64,000 nt of DNA from an uncultured Gammaproteobacteria bacterium (GCA_964486065.1 CAZAKN010000005.1:60-64059); one strand, 5' to 3'; positions 28,133 to 38,261 are shown, counted from the first letter of the stretch. Numbers and translations: made by a program. The notes: generated by a model from the sequence alone, not told the origin.

Positions 28133-29482
28133 ATGAAAGATTTAATAAAAAATTTTGAATTATTTGCCAGATTTGTTGATATTACGCAAAATTTGGTTTT
28201 TTATATTGATTCAAACAAAAAAATTCTTTACACGAATTCTATAGCGGATAGATGGCTGTTTGAACATAATATGGCCAATGCCAATGGTATTTTCAAGGTT
28301 TTGCCTGATAATATTCAAGAAATAATTCAAGAGCATTTAAAGGAAGAAAAAATATATAGAAATGTTTTGGGATATGAGGATGAATATTTCAAAATTCAAT
28401 TAACTCCGCTCAAAGACAAAGACGCGGTTTTTATAACTTTGACTGATATTACAGATACTCAAAAAATCAGTTTGGAAAACGAAATTTTCAACACGGCTTT
28501 TGAAAGTTCCTTGCAAGGCATGATGATTACCGATGTTTTGGGAACCATTGTTTACGCCAATAAAGCCTTGTCGGAAATGTATGGTTATGAAAAAAGTGAA
28601 TTGATCGGTCAAACTCCCAATATTTTAAATCCCGGAGTTGATGTGTATGAAGCGCAAGGGATTTCCAAAGAAGAATATCGTCATATATTTGAAAATATGT
28701 GGGATGACTTGAGAGATGAAAGTTTGGGGTCTTGGGAAGGTGAAGTCGTAAACAAAAAGAAAAACGGTGAATTGGTTTGGGTCAGTTTGTTTACCAGCGC
28801 CATCCGCAACAAAAGGGGCGAAATTATCGCTTATTTGGGTATGCCGGTGGATATTTCGGCTCGTCGTTTCAGAGAACATAGTATTCGTTTGGAATGTTAT
28901 AATGCTTTGACTCATATGGCGGAACAAAAAGATTTGGCCAATCGCGGACATTTGAAAACTATCGGTAAATTCGCGCGACTTTTGGCGGAAGAAATGAAAA
29001 TGCCCAAACAATTTTGTGAAGACATTGAGGTTTTCTCTTCTTTGCATGATATTGGTAAAGTTGGATTGGACAATAAGATTTTGGCCAAAGGCCATGAATT
29101 GCAAGGTGAAGAATTGGATCATTATAAAGAGCACACCAAGGTTGGTTATGAAATATTGCGTGGAGTTTCCACTTTGGAGATGGCCGCCGAGATTGCTCTT
29201 TCTCATCACGAACGCTGGGACGGACAAGGTTATCCGCATGGATTACGCGGAGAAGAAATTCCTTTATCCGCGCGAATTGTCGCTCTGGCGGATATGTATG
29301 ATACTTTACGCGCGCGACGCGAGTACAAAGACGCGTTGCCTCATGATCAAGCCGTGGAAATGATTATTGAAGAAAAAGGAGGCTATTTAAGTCCGGCAGT
29401 GGTGGAGGCTTTTGAAAGAATCGCGGATCAGTTCCGCAGTGTTTATCGGCGCGCCAATAAAAAGCTGGAAAATGGACGATAA
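28133..29482 (+). CDS. PAS-PAS-HD-GYP cyclic di-GMP phosphodiesterase
   Basis: PAS (IVYAN..GYEKSELIG..WEGEVVNKKKNGE); HDIGK; HHERWDGQGYP..IPLSARIVALAD. Confidence 0.9.
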   Translation: MKDLIKNFELFARFVDITQNLVFYIDSNKKILYTNSIADRWLFEHNMANANGIFKVLPDNIQEIIQEHLKEEKIYRNVLGYEDEYFKIQLTPLKDKDAVFITLTDITDTQKISLENEIFNTAFESSLQGMMITDVLGTIVYANKALSEMYGYEKSELIGQTPNILNPGVDVYEAQGISKEEYRHIFENMWDDLRDESLGSWEGEVVNKKKNGELVWVSLFTSAIRNKRGEIIAYLGMPVDISARRFREHSIRLECYNALTHMAEQKDLANRGHLKTIGKFARLLAEEMKMPKQFCEDIEVFSSLHDIGKVGLDNKILAKGHELQGEELDHYKEHTKVGYEILRGVSTLEMAAEIALSHHERWDGQGYPHGLRGEEIPLSARIVALADMYDTLRARREYKDALPHDQAVEMIIEEKGGYLSPAVVEAFERIADQFRSVYRRANKKLENGR

Positions 29483-29527
29483 TTCCTTTTGTTTGCTATA
29501 ATATATAGAAGAAATAAAAATAAATTT

Positions 29528-30964
29528 ATGCGCAAACAAACAATTGTTTTCACAATATTAGTATTGATCGGAGGGCTTTTTTTATTTGGAGGAAGCATTC
29601 AAGCTGAGGAATTGGAACAACCTGAATCGGAAATAATGAAGGATACCAATGATCTGAGATTTTTTAATTTGTCTGATTTGGATAATCATATTGAAAAAAA
29701 TATTTTGCCGGATGATTTTCAGGGGAGAGTAAGTTTAGTCGCAGGAGATATTGATGGCGACAAAATTGATGAACTGGTGGTTGCTTACGGAGGGATCAAG
29801 GGAGCTGAGTTAAAAATTTTTAACCATCGCGGACAAGAATTGGATTCATGGCAACCTTTCGGAGAAAAATTTTTCGGAGAATTGGCCTTGGCGGTGGGAG
29901 ATTTGAATCTTGATGGGAAAGCGGAAATTGTTGTGGCGCCGAAATACGGTGGCGGACCGCAAATTAAAATATATGACAATGAAGGCCATGAATTATTTGG
30001 TTCGGGTTTTTTCGCTTATGGCGAAAGTTATAGAAACGGTTTAAAATTGGCGACCGGAGACATTGACGGTGATGGAAATAAAGATATTTTAGTTAGTTTA
30101 ATTTTAGATGGTCGGGCGGTGATTCGCGTTTACAATCGTTACGCTGAAGAAATAATTTCGCCGATTCATCTGGATTTGTCGGATGCGTTTGAACCGGTGA
30201 ATGTCAGTTGTTTGGACTTGGGTTATGACCGAATTGAAGAAATAGCGGTCGGTTTGGGCGTGGGAAATGAGCCTTGGGTGAAAATTTTACGCAAAGACGG
30301 ATCATTGATAAAAGAATTCCTGGTTTATGATAGGGGATTTCAAGGCGGGGTAAATTTGCAAGCTTTAAAATACAAAAATTTGCGCATGATTGTTACTATG
30401 CCCGGTTATGGTGGCGGACCGCATATAAGATTTTTCAATACTTACGGAGATCCGATTATTCGGCCGGATTTTTTTGCTTATGACCGAGATTTTACCGGTG
30501 GCGTAAATTTGGCATTGGGACAATTTGATGATGATTATGGTTTGGAAGTAGTTTCTTTGCCGGAAAAAATCAATGTTAGTCCGGATAAAGCTTGGTATAA
30601 ATATATTGAAATAGATTTGTCGGAACAAAAGTTGGCTTATTTTGCCAGTGATCGCAAAGTGGAAGAATTTATTATTTCTTCAGGTAAAAGAGGGATGGAT
30701 ACGCCGGTGGGTAATTACAAAGTGCTAAATAAAAGTGAACGAGCATATTCTGATGAATATGAGTTATACATGCCATTTTGGATGGGATTTCGTACTGATG
30801 GCTACGGGTTACATGAATTACCCGAATGGCCCGGAGGTTATAAAGAAGGAGCCAATCATTTGGGACAACCTGTGTCTCACGGTTGCGTCAGGTTGGGTGT
30901 GGGCGCGGCTGAGAAATTGTATAGATGGTCACCGATCGGAACTTTGATCAACATACATGAATAA
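29528..30964 (+). CDS. Secreted L,D-transpeptidase (YkuD) with FG-GAP-like repeats
   Basis: GDIDGD/GGGPQIKIY repeats; IEIDLSEQ..TPVG..HELP..SHGCVRL. Confidence 0.88.
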   Translation: MRKQTIVFTILVLIGGLFLFGGSIQAEELEQPESEIMKDTNDLRFFNLSDLDNHIEKNILPDDFQGRVSLVAGDIDGDKIDELVVAYGGIKGAELKIFNHRGQELDSWQPFGEKFFGELALAVGDLNLDGKAEIVVAPKYGGGPQIKIYDNEGHELFGSGFFAYGESYRNGLKLATGDIDGDGNKDILVSLILDGRAVIRVYNRYAEEIISPIHLDLSDAFEPVNVSCLDLGYDRIEEIAVGLGVGNEPWVKILRKDGSLIKEFLVYDRGFQGGVNLQALKYKNLRMIVTMPGYGGGPHIRFFNTYGDPIIRPDFFAYDRDFTGGVNLALGQFDDDYGLEVVSLPEKINVSPDKAWYKYIEIDLSEQKLAYFASDRKVEEFIISSGKRGMDTPVGNYKVLNKSERAYSDEYELYMPFWMGFRTDGYGLHELPEWPGGYKEGANHLGQPVSHGCVRLGVGAAEKLYRWSPIGTLINIHE

Positions 30965-30992
30965 ATATAAATAATTAAATAAAAATAAAATT

Positions 30993-32147
30993 ATGAAAAA
31001 GTTAATGTTATTTATGCTCGCCTTTTGTCTTTTGGCGACACCTTCGGGAATTATGGCGGCGCGTTTCGGTGGAGGCGAACAGTATGCCGTTTCCGGCGGA
31101 GAAGTGATTGAAGATAATGTTTACGCCGCGGGAACAATGGTTAATTTGTCCGGAGAAATAAGACAAGACGCTTTTGTCGCAGGTGCGAATTTAAACATCA
31201 GCGGTGAAGTGGGAGAAGATTTGATAGCAGTCGGCTCAAATTTAAATATTTTGGGAGCGGTTGGAGATGATTTACGAGCGGCGGGAGCCAATGTATTAAT
31301 CAATGGTCAGATCGGCGGTGAAGTTTTAGTGGCCGGAGGGTTGGTGCAATTGACCGCCTCTTCCGAAGTTGAACAAGATGTTCATGTGGCCGGCGGACAA
31401 CTCAGCATTGACGGTTTGATTAAAGGTGATTTGATGGCCGGTGGAGGTATGATTAACTTAAACGGAAAAGTGGAAGGAAATGTCGTGGTTAAAGCCGATG
31501 AAAAAGTGATTATCGGACCGAACGCGGAAATCGGAGGATTATTGGTGTATTCTTCGCCAATGGAAGCGGAAATTGACGAAAATGCCACCATTGTCGGAGA
31601 GATAACTCGCGAAGCTTACAAAAAAGCCAAACATCCATATCAAAAAACCGAAGCATTTAGCGCTTTCGGAGCATTGCTCGGTACTTTGGCAATCGCTAAA
31701 TTATTAGTCTTGCTGGTAAGTGGTTTGATCGCTGTGGCCGTGTTTAAAAAAGCTTCAGCCAATTTATTGCAGAGGACTTACAAAAATTTCGGATGGGATT
31801 TATTAACCGGTTTTGTGGTTTCCATTTTACTTCCTTTAGCCGGATTATTACTCATGTTGACCGTGGTTTTATCTCCGTTTGCTATTGGCGCGGGATTGTT
31901 GTTCGGTTTGTTTTTCTTGATTGCTCATGTTTACGCCGGAATTTTCTTGGGTATTTGGGTGTTTAAATTATTTACCGGCAAAGAACAAAAACTGAATTGG
32001 AAACATGCGCTGGTCGGTATTTTAATCATGGAAATTATTTGTTTCGTGCCTCTTGTGGGATTCTTGGTGAAAACGATTTTGGCCATGGCTTTGTTCGGAT
32101 CAATGTGGTATATGTTTTATAACGGTTTTTTCAAAAAACAAAAATAG
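30993..32147 (+). CDS. Beta-solenoid (bactofilin-like) repeat protein with C-terminal TM bundle
   Basis: Signal peptide, repeated D.x.AGG.V.I.G.I, 5 C-terminal TMs. Confidence 0.75.
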   Translation: MKKLMLFMLAFCLLATPSGIMAARFGGGEQYAVSGGEVIEDNVYAAGTMVNLSGEIRQDAFVAGANLNISGEVGEDLIAVGSNLNILGAVGDDLRAAGANVLINGQIGGEVLVAGGLVQLTASSEVEQDVHVAGGQLSIDGLIKGDLMAGGGMINLNGKVEGNVVVKADEKVIIGPNAEIGGLLVYSSPMEAEIDENATIVGEITREAYKKAKHPYQKTEAFSAFGALLGTLAIAKLLVLLVSGLIAVAVFKKASANLLQRTYKNFGWDLLTGFVVSILLPLAGLLLMLTVVLSPFAIGAGLLFGLFFLIAHVYAGIFLGIWVFKLFTGKEQKLNWKHALVGILIMEIICFVPLVGFLVKTILAMALFGSMWYMFYNGFFKKQK

Positions 32148-32166
32148 TTAAGAATCTCTGGAATAG

Positions 32167-32199
32167 AAAAGACGGCTTCGTTTTGACGAAGCCGTCTTT
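32167..32199. terminator. Bidirectional intrinsic terminator
   Basis: AAAGACGGCTTCGT-tttg-ACGAAGCCGTCTTT. Confidence 0.85.
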
Positions 32200-32201
32200 G
32201 A

Positions 32202-32405
32202 TTATTCGGCATGAGCCAAAGCCCAGCCACTTTTGCGCAACCTTTCGTTTTGCGCCAGTAGCCGGGGTGTTTGCAGAGCGTCTGGCCAATGGCTCTGCAG
32301 TTTTAAGTTCTCCCCCTGTTGACGGAAGAACTTGTTGATTTTTTTGAAGGACATGGGCCCTTCATATTCCAAGGTTTTCTCCTGTTTTTTAAAAGTGATT
32401 TTCAT
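32202..32405 (-). CDS. Small orphan protein (SD-led unit)
   Basis: AGGAGG at 32416-32411; TTGACA-17-TAAAAT (32470-32442). Confidence 0.6.
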   Translation of the reverse strand: MKITFKKQEKTLEYEGPMSFKKINKFFRQQGENLKLQSHWPDALQTPRLLAQNERLRKSGWALAHAE

Positions 32406-32538
32406 CACTTCCTCCTAGGTTTGGGGGTTGAATGATATTAAATTTTAACATATATTTACAACTTTGTCAACACTAAATAAATTTGCTATAATTAATCCAA
32501 GCTCATTTGCCAAACTTATCATAGAAAGGAGGTGAATC

Positions 32539-32895
32539 ATGTGTGCCGGTATTTCCGCTAAATTAGCGCAATATGAAGGCAGATGGATTGTTTTTCAGGA
32601 CAACCAAAATCAAGGTCATCACTGTGGTATTGTCATGAACGGCAATGTTTACAAAGTCGCATTAAGCAAAGACGGTTCAATCAAAGGCTTTGAATATGAT
32701 TTGCAAAAAAGGCGATTCCGTTTGCCTGTACGCAAATTTATCAATGTTTTTATTGAGCCGGAAACGATTACTTTGTATCAAGAAGCTCCGAGTCATCGGA
32801 TTTTTGCTTTGATCGGCAAAGCGTTGCTGGAAGGCAGAGAATTTGCCGGTTTGGATTGGCCGTTGGCTGTTTCACAAAACGGATTGGCGGGGTAA
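32539..32895 (+). CDS. Small orphan protein (SD-led unit)
   Basis: AAAGGAGGTGA SD; TTGTCA-17-TATAAT; downstream hairpin AGCCGATATTC..GAGTGTCGGCTTTT. Confidence 0.65.
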   Translation: MCAGISAKLAQYEGRWIVFQDNQNQGHHCGIVMNGNVYKVALSKDGSIKGFEYDLQKRRFRLPVRKFINVFIEPETITLYQEAPSHRIFALIGKALLEGREFAGLDWPLAVSQNGLAG

Positions 32896-33046
32896 ACAAT
32901 GAGAGAAAATTTTACTTAGCCGATATTCTTCAATGGAGTGTCGGCTTTTACTTTTGTGTGTGGGTAAAAAAGATGAAGAAATTTTGCTTTTTTGCTATAA
33001 TATTACTTAATAAAGGGTTTAATCAGTTTAAATTAACATATTTAAT

Positions 33047-33313
33047 ATGCCATTTGAATTTTTAAAAAATCTTTATTTTCATTTTCGCAACACTTTGATT
33101 TGGTTGGCTTTGTATTTTGTTTTACAAGCCGCGATTTGGGGCGGTTTAGCTTGGTTGATTTGGCAATACCCCAGCGCCCTATTTATTTTGGTGGTGGTGT
33201 TTTTAGTTTTATTCGCTTTGGCCAGTTTGTATTTGGGTTTGATTGTTTTGCGTTATGTTTTCAAATTGCGTTCTTTGAAAGCGCATTTGGAAGGTAAAAT
33301 TTCTTGGAAATAA
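33047..33313 (+). CDS. Small membrane protein
   Basis: Two TMs; first gene after TGCTATAAT at about 32993. Confidence 0.65.
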   Translation: MPFEFLKNLYFHFRNTLIWLALYFVLQAAIWGGLAWLIWQYPSALFILVVVFLVLFALASLYLGLIVLRYVFKLRSLKAHLEGKISWK

Positions 33314-33315
33314 AT

Positions 33316-34191
33316 ATGAAGCAAAAAATTAAAAAATTAATAATTCCCGTCGCCGGCTATGGAACCAGATTTTTGCCAGCCACCAAAGCGCAACCCAAGG
33401 AAATGTTGCCCGTGGTGGATAAACCAATCGTGCAATATGTGGTGGAAAATGCGGTATCCGCGGGGATTGAAACCATTATCTTGGTAACGGGGAGCGGTAA
33501 AAGAGCGGTGGAAGATCATTTTGCTTATAATTATGAGCTTCAGAGTTTTTTGAAAAAAGTCGGTAAAGATGAAAAAAGAAAAGAGATCAAAAGAATCGCC
33601 GATCAAGCCAATTTTATTTTTATCCGACAGAAAGGACCATATGGCAACGGTACACCGGTTTTATGCGCCAAGCATTTGATTGGTGATGAGCCTTTTGCCG
33701 TGGCTTGGGGAGATGAATTTTTTTACAGCACCGGCAAGAAAAGTCAGCTGGCTCAATTGATTGATGTTTACGATAAATATCAAGATCCGGTTTTAACCGC
33801 TTACGAAGTGGATAAAAAGGACACGGATAAATATGGAGTGATTGATGGATTACAAATTGAAAACGGAGTTTATCAAGTGAAAAATATCGTGGAAAAACCG
33901 GGGCCGAAAAAAGCGCCGACCAATTTGGCGTCACTTGGTGGATATATTTTAACACCTGATATTTTTGACGAGTTGGAAAACACCAAACTCGGCAAAGGCG
34001 GAGAACTTTGGTTGGTGGACGCTATCTTCAAATTGTTGAAAAAAAGACCGATTTACGCTTGCAAGATCAAGGGAGATTATTATGACACCGGCTCCAAACT
34101 CGGTTACTTGAAAGCCAATGTGGAAATAGCCTTGCGTCGTCCGGATTTAAAAAACGATTTTAAAAAATATTTGAAAAGTTTAAATTTTTAA
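33316..34191 (+). CDS. galU: UTP-glucose-1-phosphate uridylyltransferase
   Basis: IPVAGYGTRFLPATKAQPKEMLPVVDKP, VEKP. Confidence 0.95.
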   Translation: MKQKIKKLIIPVAGYGTRFLPATKAQPKEMLPVVDKPIVQYVVENAVSAGIETIILVTGSGKRAVEDHFAYNYELQSFLKKVGKDEKRKEIKRIADQANFIFIRQKGPYGNGTPVLCAKHLIGDEPFAVAWGDEFFYSTGKKSQLAQLIDVYDKYQDPVLTAYEVDKKDTDKYGVIDGLQIENGVYQVKNIVEKPGPKKAPTNLASLGGYILTPDIFDELENTKLGKGGELWLVDAIFKLLKKRPIYACKIKGDYYDTGSKLGYLKANVEIALRRPDLKNDFKKYLKSLNF

Positions 34192-34192
34192 T

Positions 34193-35617
34193 ATGTTTAA
34201 AAAAGCCGGAACAATTAAAATATTATTGACTTTGCTTTTGGCTTTTGTTTTTTTAACCGGCGCCAGTTGTACCAAAGGGGGTGATTCTTCCGCTCGTGAT
34301 GCTTATCGTCCCGTGACTATTACCTATTGGCGAGTTTGGGACAATGAAGATGATTTATTGGAATTGATGAATGCTTATCGCGCCTTGCATCCCAATGTTA
34401 GTTTTGAATATCGTAAATTGCGTTATGAAGAATATGAAGATGAGTTACTGAACGCTTTGGCGGAAGATCGCGGTCCGGATATTTTTTCCGTGCATAATAC
34501 TTGGATGGAAAGACATAAAGCAAAAATCCTGCCTATGCCTTCACAGGTTCGCACACCGGTTAAATTTATGTCGGGCACGGTGAAAAAAGAAGAAGTTTAT
34601 GAATTTCGCGCCAGACGCGGTTATTCACCAAGTGAAATGAGAAAAAGTTTTTTGGATGTGGTTTACGATGACGCGGTTATGCCTTACAATTCTGGCACGG
34701 CGGATAAACCGGTTTATCAAGATGTTGTTTGGGGAGTTCCTTTGGCATTGGATAACTTGGTATTATATTACAATCGCGATATTTTAAATACCGCCGGAGT
34801 GATTGAGCCGGCCAAGAACTGGACGGAATTTCAAGAGCATGTAAAAAGAATGACTAGAATTGACGGAAATTCGGGAGATATTTTGGTGGCGGGGGCGGCT
34901 ATCGGAACAGGTGAAAATGTAGCGCGCAGTTTTGACATTCTTTCATTGCTTATGATGCAAAATCAAGCGATCATGATTAATGATAATGATGATGTTGTTT
35001 TCAATCGCATGCCGGGCGCTTTATCCGAGCAATTGGAAGTGCCACCCGGCAGAGGGGCTTTGGAATATTATCTTCAGTTTGCTTCACCGCTCAGCGAGGC
35101 TTACACTTGGAATGAAAATATGCCTGATTCTTTGGAAGCTTTTATGGCCGGACGAGTGGGATATTTTTTCGGGTATGCTTATCACAAGGAATTCATTGAC
35201 GCTCAGGCACCACAACTTGATTATGAAATAGCGCCAATGCCTCAAGTTTCTGCCAATCAAAAAGTTAATTATGCCAATTATTGGCTTGAAACGGTTTCCA
35301 ATAAAACCGAAGTTGTTGATTACGCTTGGGATTTTCTGTTGTTTGCCACTTCGCCGGAAAATATTGAAAAATATTTGGATAAAGTCAAGAAACCCACGGC
35401 TTTGCGTTCTACGGAAATTATCAATAAACAATTGCAAGACCCCGTGTTAACGGTTTTTGCCGATCAATTGTTGACTTCTCGAAGTTGGTATCACGGAGCA
35501 AATTCCGCTGAAGCGGAACAGGCCTTCAATGAAATGATAAAAGTGACTTTGCAAGGAGAGTTAACTCCGGAGAGAGCTATGCTTAACGCTGTGGATAAAA
35601 TTGAAAGTACTAGATAA
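34193..35617 (+). CDS. Extracellular solute-binding lipoprotein (sugar-binding family 1-like), no adjacent ABC transporter
   Basis: Lipobox GASC; GPDIF, VPLALDNLVLYYNRD, AWDFLLF. Confidence 0.85.
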   Translation: MFKKAGTIKILLTLLLAFVFLTGASCTKGGDSSARDAYRPVTITYWRVWDNEDDLLELMNAYRALHPNVSFEYRKLRYEEYEDELLNALAEDRGPDIFSVHNTWMERHKAKILPMPSQVRTPVKFMSGTVKKEEVYEFRARRGYSPSEMRKSFLDVVYDDAVMPYNSGTADKPVYQDVVWGVPLALDNLVLYYNRDILNTAGVIEPAKNWTEFQEHVKRMTRIDGNSGDILVAGAAIGTGENVARSFDILSLLMMQNQAIMINDNDDVVFNRMPGALSEQLEVPPGRGALEYYLQFASPLSEAYTWNENMPDSLEAFMAGRVGYFFGYAYHKEFIDAQAPQLDYEIAPMPQVSANQKVNYANYWLETVSNKTEVVDYAWDFLLFATSPENIEKYLDKVKKPTALRSTEIINKQLQDPVLTVFADQLLTSRSWYHGANSAEAEQAFNEMIKVTLQGELTPERAMLNAVDKIESTR

Positions 35618-35618
35618 T

Positions 35619-36035
35619 ATGTTTAAAAAGTTTTTAATAATTATCTTGATTTGCAGTTGGTTATTGCCTTTCGGCGCAATGGCAAAAGAAACATCGGGCA
35701 ATAATTGTCAATTTGCCAATGATTGGAGCTTGTTGCCCGTAAAGTGCACGCAATCAACTTACAGTGAGGCGATAGAATGCGGTTTGGAGGAATTGCAATG
35801 CACTTTGATTCGTTTTGCCACCATAATTTTACGCTTGGCCGGGTCAGCCGCGCTCTTAATGTTTGTTATCGGAGGAATAATGTATATTCTTTCCGGCGGG
35901 GATCAGGGAAAAGTCCAGAAAGCTACCGGTTTTTTGAAATACGCGACCATAGGTTTGGCCATGATATTATTATCAGGCTTTTTTATCAGAGTTCTTTTGG
36001 AAGTTTTAACCAATAAAGGAGTATCATATAATTAA
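35619..36035 (+). CDS. VirB2/TrbC-like pilin 1
   Basis: Signal peptide; GGIMYILSGGDQGKVQKA..ATIGL. Confidence 0.78.
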   Translation: MFKKFLIIILICSWLLPFGAMAKETSGNNCQFANDWSLLPVKCTQSTYSEAIECGLEELQCTLIRFATIILRLAGSAALLMFVIGGIMYILSGGDQGKVQKATGFLKYATIGLAMILLSGFFIRVLLEVLTNKGVSYN

Positions 36036-36036
36036 T

Positions 36037-36471
36037 ATGAAATATAAGATTCTTTGTTGTGTAGTAATATTATTAAGTGTTTTTTTCTTGAGCTTGGATT
36101 TTTCTTTTGCTAAAGATTCGGCGGAAGCTAAAGATTCGGCGGAAGCTAAAGCGATTAAAGAAATTAGTAACTTGCAAAGAGATCTTGGTTTGACACTTGG
36201 CCATAATACCAATATTACCATAGGCAATTTTATCAAAGCTTTTTGGGGAATATTGGGATCAATTTCTTTGGCTGTTTTTTTGTATGGTGGTATAATGTGG
36301 ATGATCTCAGAAGGGGATGATACCAAAATAACCAAAGCCAAAAAGACCATGATTTGGGCGGCTTTGGGCTTGTTGGTTATGTTTACTTCTTATGTGATCA
36401 TTGAATTTTTAATAGATACATTGGGGAAACAGGATATTGGTTTTCACTATATTTCCAAATATATTATTTAA
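36037..36471 (+). CDS. VirB2/TrbC-like pilin 2
   Basis: YGGIMWMISEGD..KAKKTMIWAALGL. Confidence 0.78.
   Translation: MKYKILCCVVILLSVFFLSLDFSFAKDSAEAKDSAEAKAIKEISNLQRDLGLTLGHNTNITIGNFIKAFWGILGSISLAVFLYGGIMWMISEGDDTKITKAKKTMIWAALGLLVMFTSYVIIEFLIDTLGKQDIGFHYISKYII
36109..36151 (+). repeat. In-frame 18-bp tandem repeat, 2.4 copies (AKDSAE)
   Basis: GCTAAAGATTCGGCGGAA x2 plus GCTAAAG. Confidence 0.9.
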
Positions 36472-36501
36472 TATTTAATTTAATAATTAATCATTAAAGC
36501 C

Positions 36502-36888
36502 ATGATTAACATTACAAAAGTAAAAGTGGTGGCCAAAGTCGCTTTTATGGTTTTTCTGCTTTTCGCGGTAGCTATGCCGGCCTTTGCTCAATTAGATTTG
36601 GGATTGGGAGAAGTAGGAGAAGCTACGGAGCTTGGAGATACGGATATTCGTACAACAGTGGGATCCATTATCAATGCTGCTTTGGGCTTCTTGGGCGTTG
36701 TCGCGGTGGTCATTGTTTTGATCGGTGGGTTTAAGTATATGATTGCCGGTGGCAGTGAAGACAAAGTGGCTGAAGCGAAAAAATGGATTATTTCCGGAAT
36801 TATCGGTTTGGCCATTATCTTGAGCGCTTATGCGATCACTACATTTGTAGTTGGCGAGTTGATTTCAGCAACTACGGGAGTAGAATAA
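36502..36888 (+). CDS. VirB2/TrbC-like pilin 3
   Basis: PAFA cleavage; GGFKYMIAGG..EAKKWIISGIIGL. Confidence 0.82.
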   Translation: MINITKVKVVAKVAFMVFLLFAVAMPAFAQLDLGLGEVGEATELGDTDIRTTVGSIINAALGFLGVVAVVIVLIGGFKYMIAGGSEDKVAEAKKWIISGIIGLAIILSAYAITTFVVGELISATTGVE

Positions 36889-36901
36889 TCTTCTTAAATA
36901 A

Positions 36902-36921
36902 GGGAGGGCTTCGGCCCTCCC
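36902..36921 (+). other. Stable C(UUCG)G hairpin inside the pilin operon
   Basis: GGGAGGGC-TTCG-GCCCTCCC, no T-tract on + strand. Confidence 0.7.
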
Positions 36922-36977
36922 GGAGCTCCTATTTCATTCAGCCATTAGATAATTAGTTTAGTTATTTGATGATTGTT

Positions 36978-37427
36978 ATGAAAAAGAAACTATCTTTATT
37001 GAGTTTTTGCATACTTGTTTTCTTAATGATGGTTTTTGGTTCCATGCCCGCAATGGCGGACAATTATTTGCAACAGGGTTTGGATTATACGGCGAAGCAG
37101 GCGACTTTGATGGATGATTCAGTGGAGGCAGGAGGGGGAAAACAGATTAGTGAAAGAATCGGTTATTGGTTGGGAAGAGTTATGTCTTTTATTGGTATTT
37201 TGTTTTTGGTTTTAATTTTATATGGCGGACTTATGTGGCTAATCAGTCGTGGCGATAAAACTAAAATAGCCAATGCTAAAAGCATTATAATTGATGCCAC
37301 GATCGGTCTTTTGATCACCATGTCCGCTTATGCTATTGTTAACGGTTTATTTGATGTTTTTAAAAATAATAATTTAGGTGAAACTGTTGGAAAAGCAAAT
37401 GTGGAAAATAATAAGAAAATGGTATGA
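36978..37427 (+). CDS. VirB2/TrbC-like pilin 4
   Basis: YGGLMWLISRGD..AKSIIIDATIGL; start could be 36969. Confidence 0.78.
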   Translation: MKKKLSLLSFCILVFLMMVFGSMPAMADNYLQQGLDYTAKQATLMDDSVEAGGGKQISERIGYWLGRVMSFIGILFLVLILYGGLMWLISRGDKTKIANAKSIIIDATIGLLITMSAYAIVNGLFDVFKNNNLGETVGKANVENNKKMV

Positions 37428-37840
37428 AAAAAGTAAAAAAAATTTATCAAATATCATTATTGGCAATATTTTTATTTTCATTTCTTTTGCCTTTGCAAAG
37501 TGTAATGGCTCAGGGAGATAGCGCACAGGAAATGGCTGACCAGGGATTGCAAGTATCTGCCGGCAAAGCCGGATTGACCGCAGCGCCGGTGGAACAAATA
37601 GTGGGAAATATTATTGGTTATATGTTAAGTTTTATAGGCTTGGTTTTGCTTGTAATGATTGTTTACGGTGGTATTTTGTGGTTGACGGCCGGCGGCAAAT
37701 CTGACCAATTGGAAAAAGCCAAATCGGTTTTGGCTAATGCGGTTATCGGTTTGGCTATAGTTTTGTTGGCCTATAGTTTTACTTTCTATGTTACTTCTCG
37801 TTTTACCGCAGCCACTCAAACTACAGAACAAACTCCTTAA
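37424..37840 (+). CDS. VirB2/TrbC-like pilin 5
   Basis: YGGILWLTAGG..KAKSVLANAVIGL. Confidence 0.8.
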   Translation: MKKVKKIYQISLLAIFLFSFLLPLQSVMAQGDSAQEMADQGLQVSAGKAGLTAAPVEQIVGNIIGYMLSFIGLVLLVMIVYGGILWLTAGGKSDQLEKAKSVLANAVIGLAIVLLAYSFTFYVTSRFTAATQTTEQTP

Positions 37841-37848
37841 TTATACCT

Positions 37849-38259
37849 ATGAAATATTTAATTAATTCAAAAGTAAAAAGTTTTACAGTTATTATTGCGA
37901 TTTTTTGTATTTTACTATTAGGTTTTGGATCTGTTGTATCAGCGCAAGATCCGCAAAGTAAACTGCAAGGAGCGTATAAAGCATCATTTGGTCAAGAATT
38001 GAATGATCCGGAAAACCTTTTCACTCAGCAAGTCGGTGGTATTATTAGGATTATTTTAGCTACAGTGGGTACGGTGTTTGTGGTTGTTTTAGTTTACGCG
38101 GGATATTTGTGGTTAACGGCCGGTGGTAATGATACGCAACTGGCCAAGGCGAAAAGTTTAATGATCAATGGAGTCATTGGTTTGGCCATAACTTTGGCCG
38201 CGTATTTGATTTCCGATTATGTCTTTATTCGTTTGGTGGCGTCCACGGTCGGAGGATAA
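37849..38259 (+). CDS. VirB2/TrbC-like pilin 6
   Basis: YAGYLWLTAGGN..KAKSLMINGVIGL. Confidence 0.8.
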   Translation: MKYLINSKVKSFTVIIAIFCILLLGFGSVVSAQDPQSKLQGAYKASFGQELNDPENLFTQQVGGIIRIILATVGTVFVVVLVYAGYLWLTAGGNDTQLAKAKSLMINGVIGLAITLAAYLISDYVFIRLVASTVGG

Positions 38260-38261
38260 AT

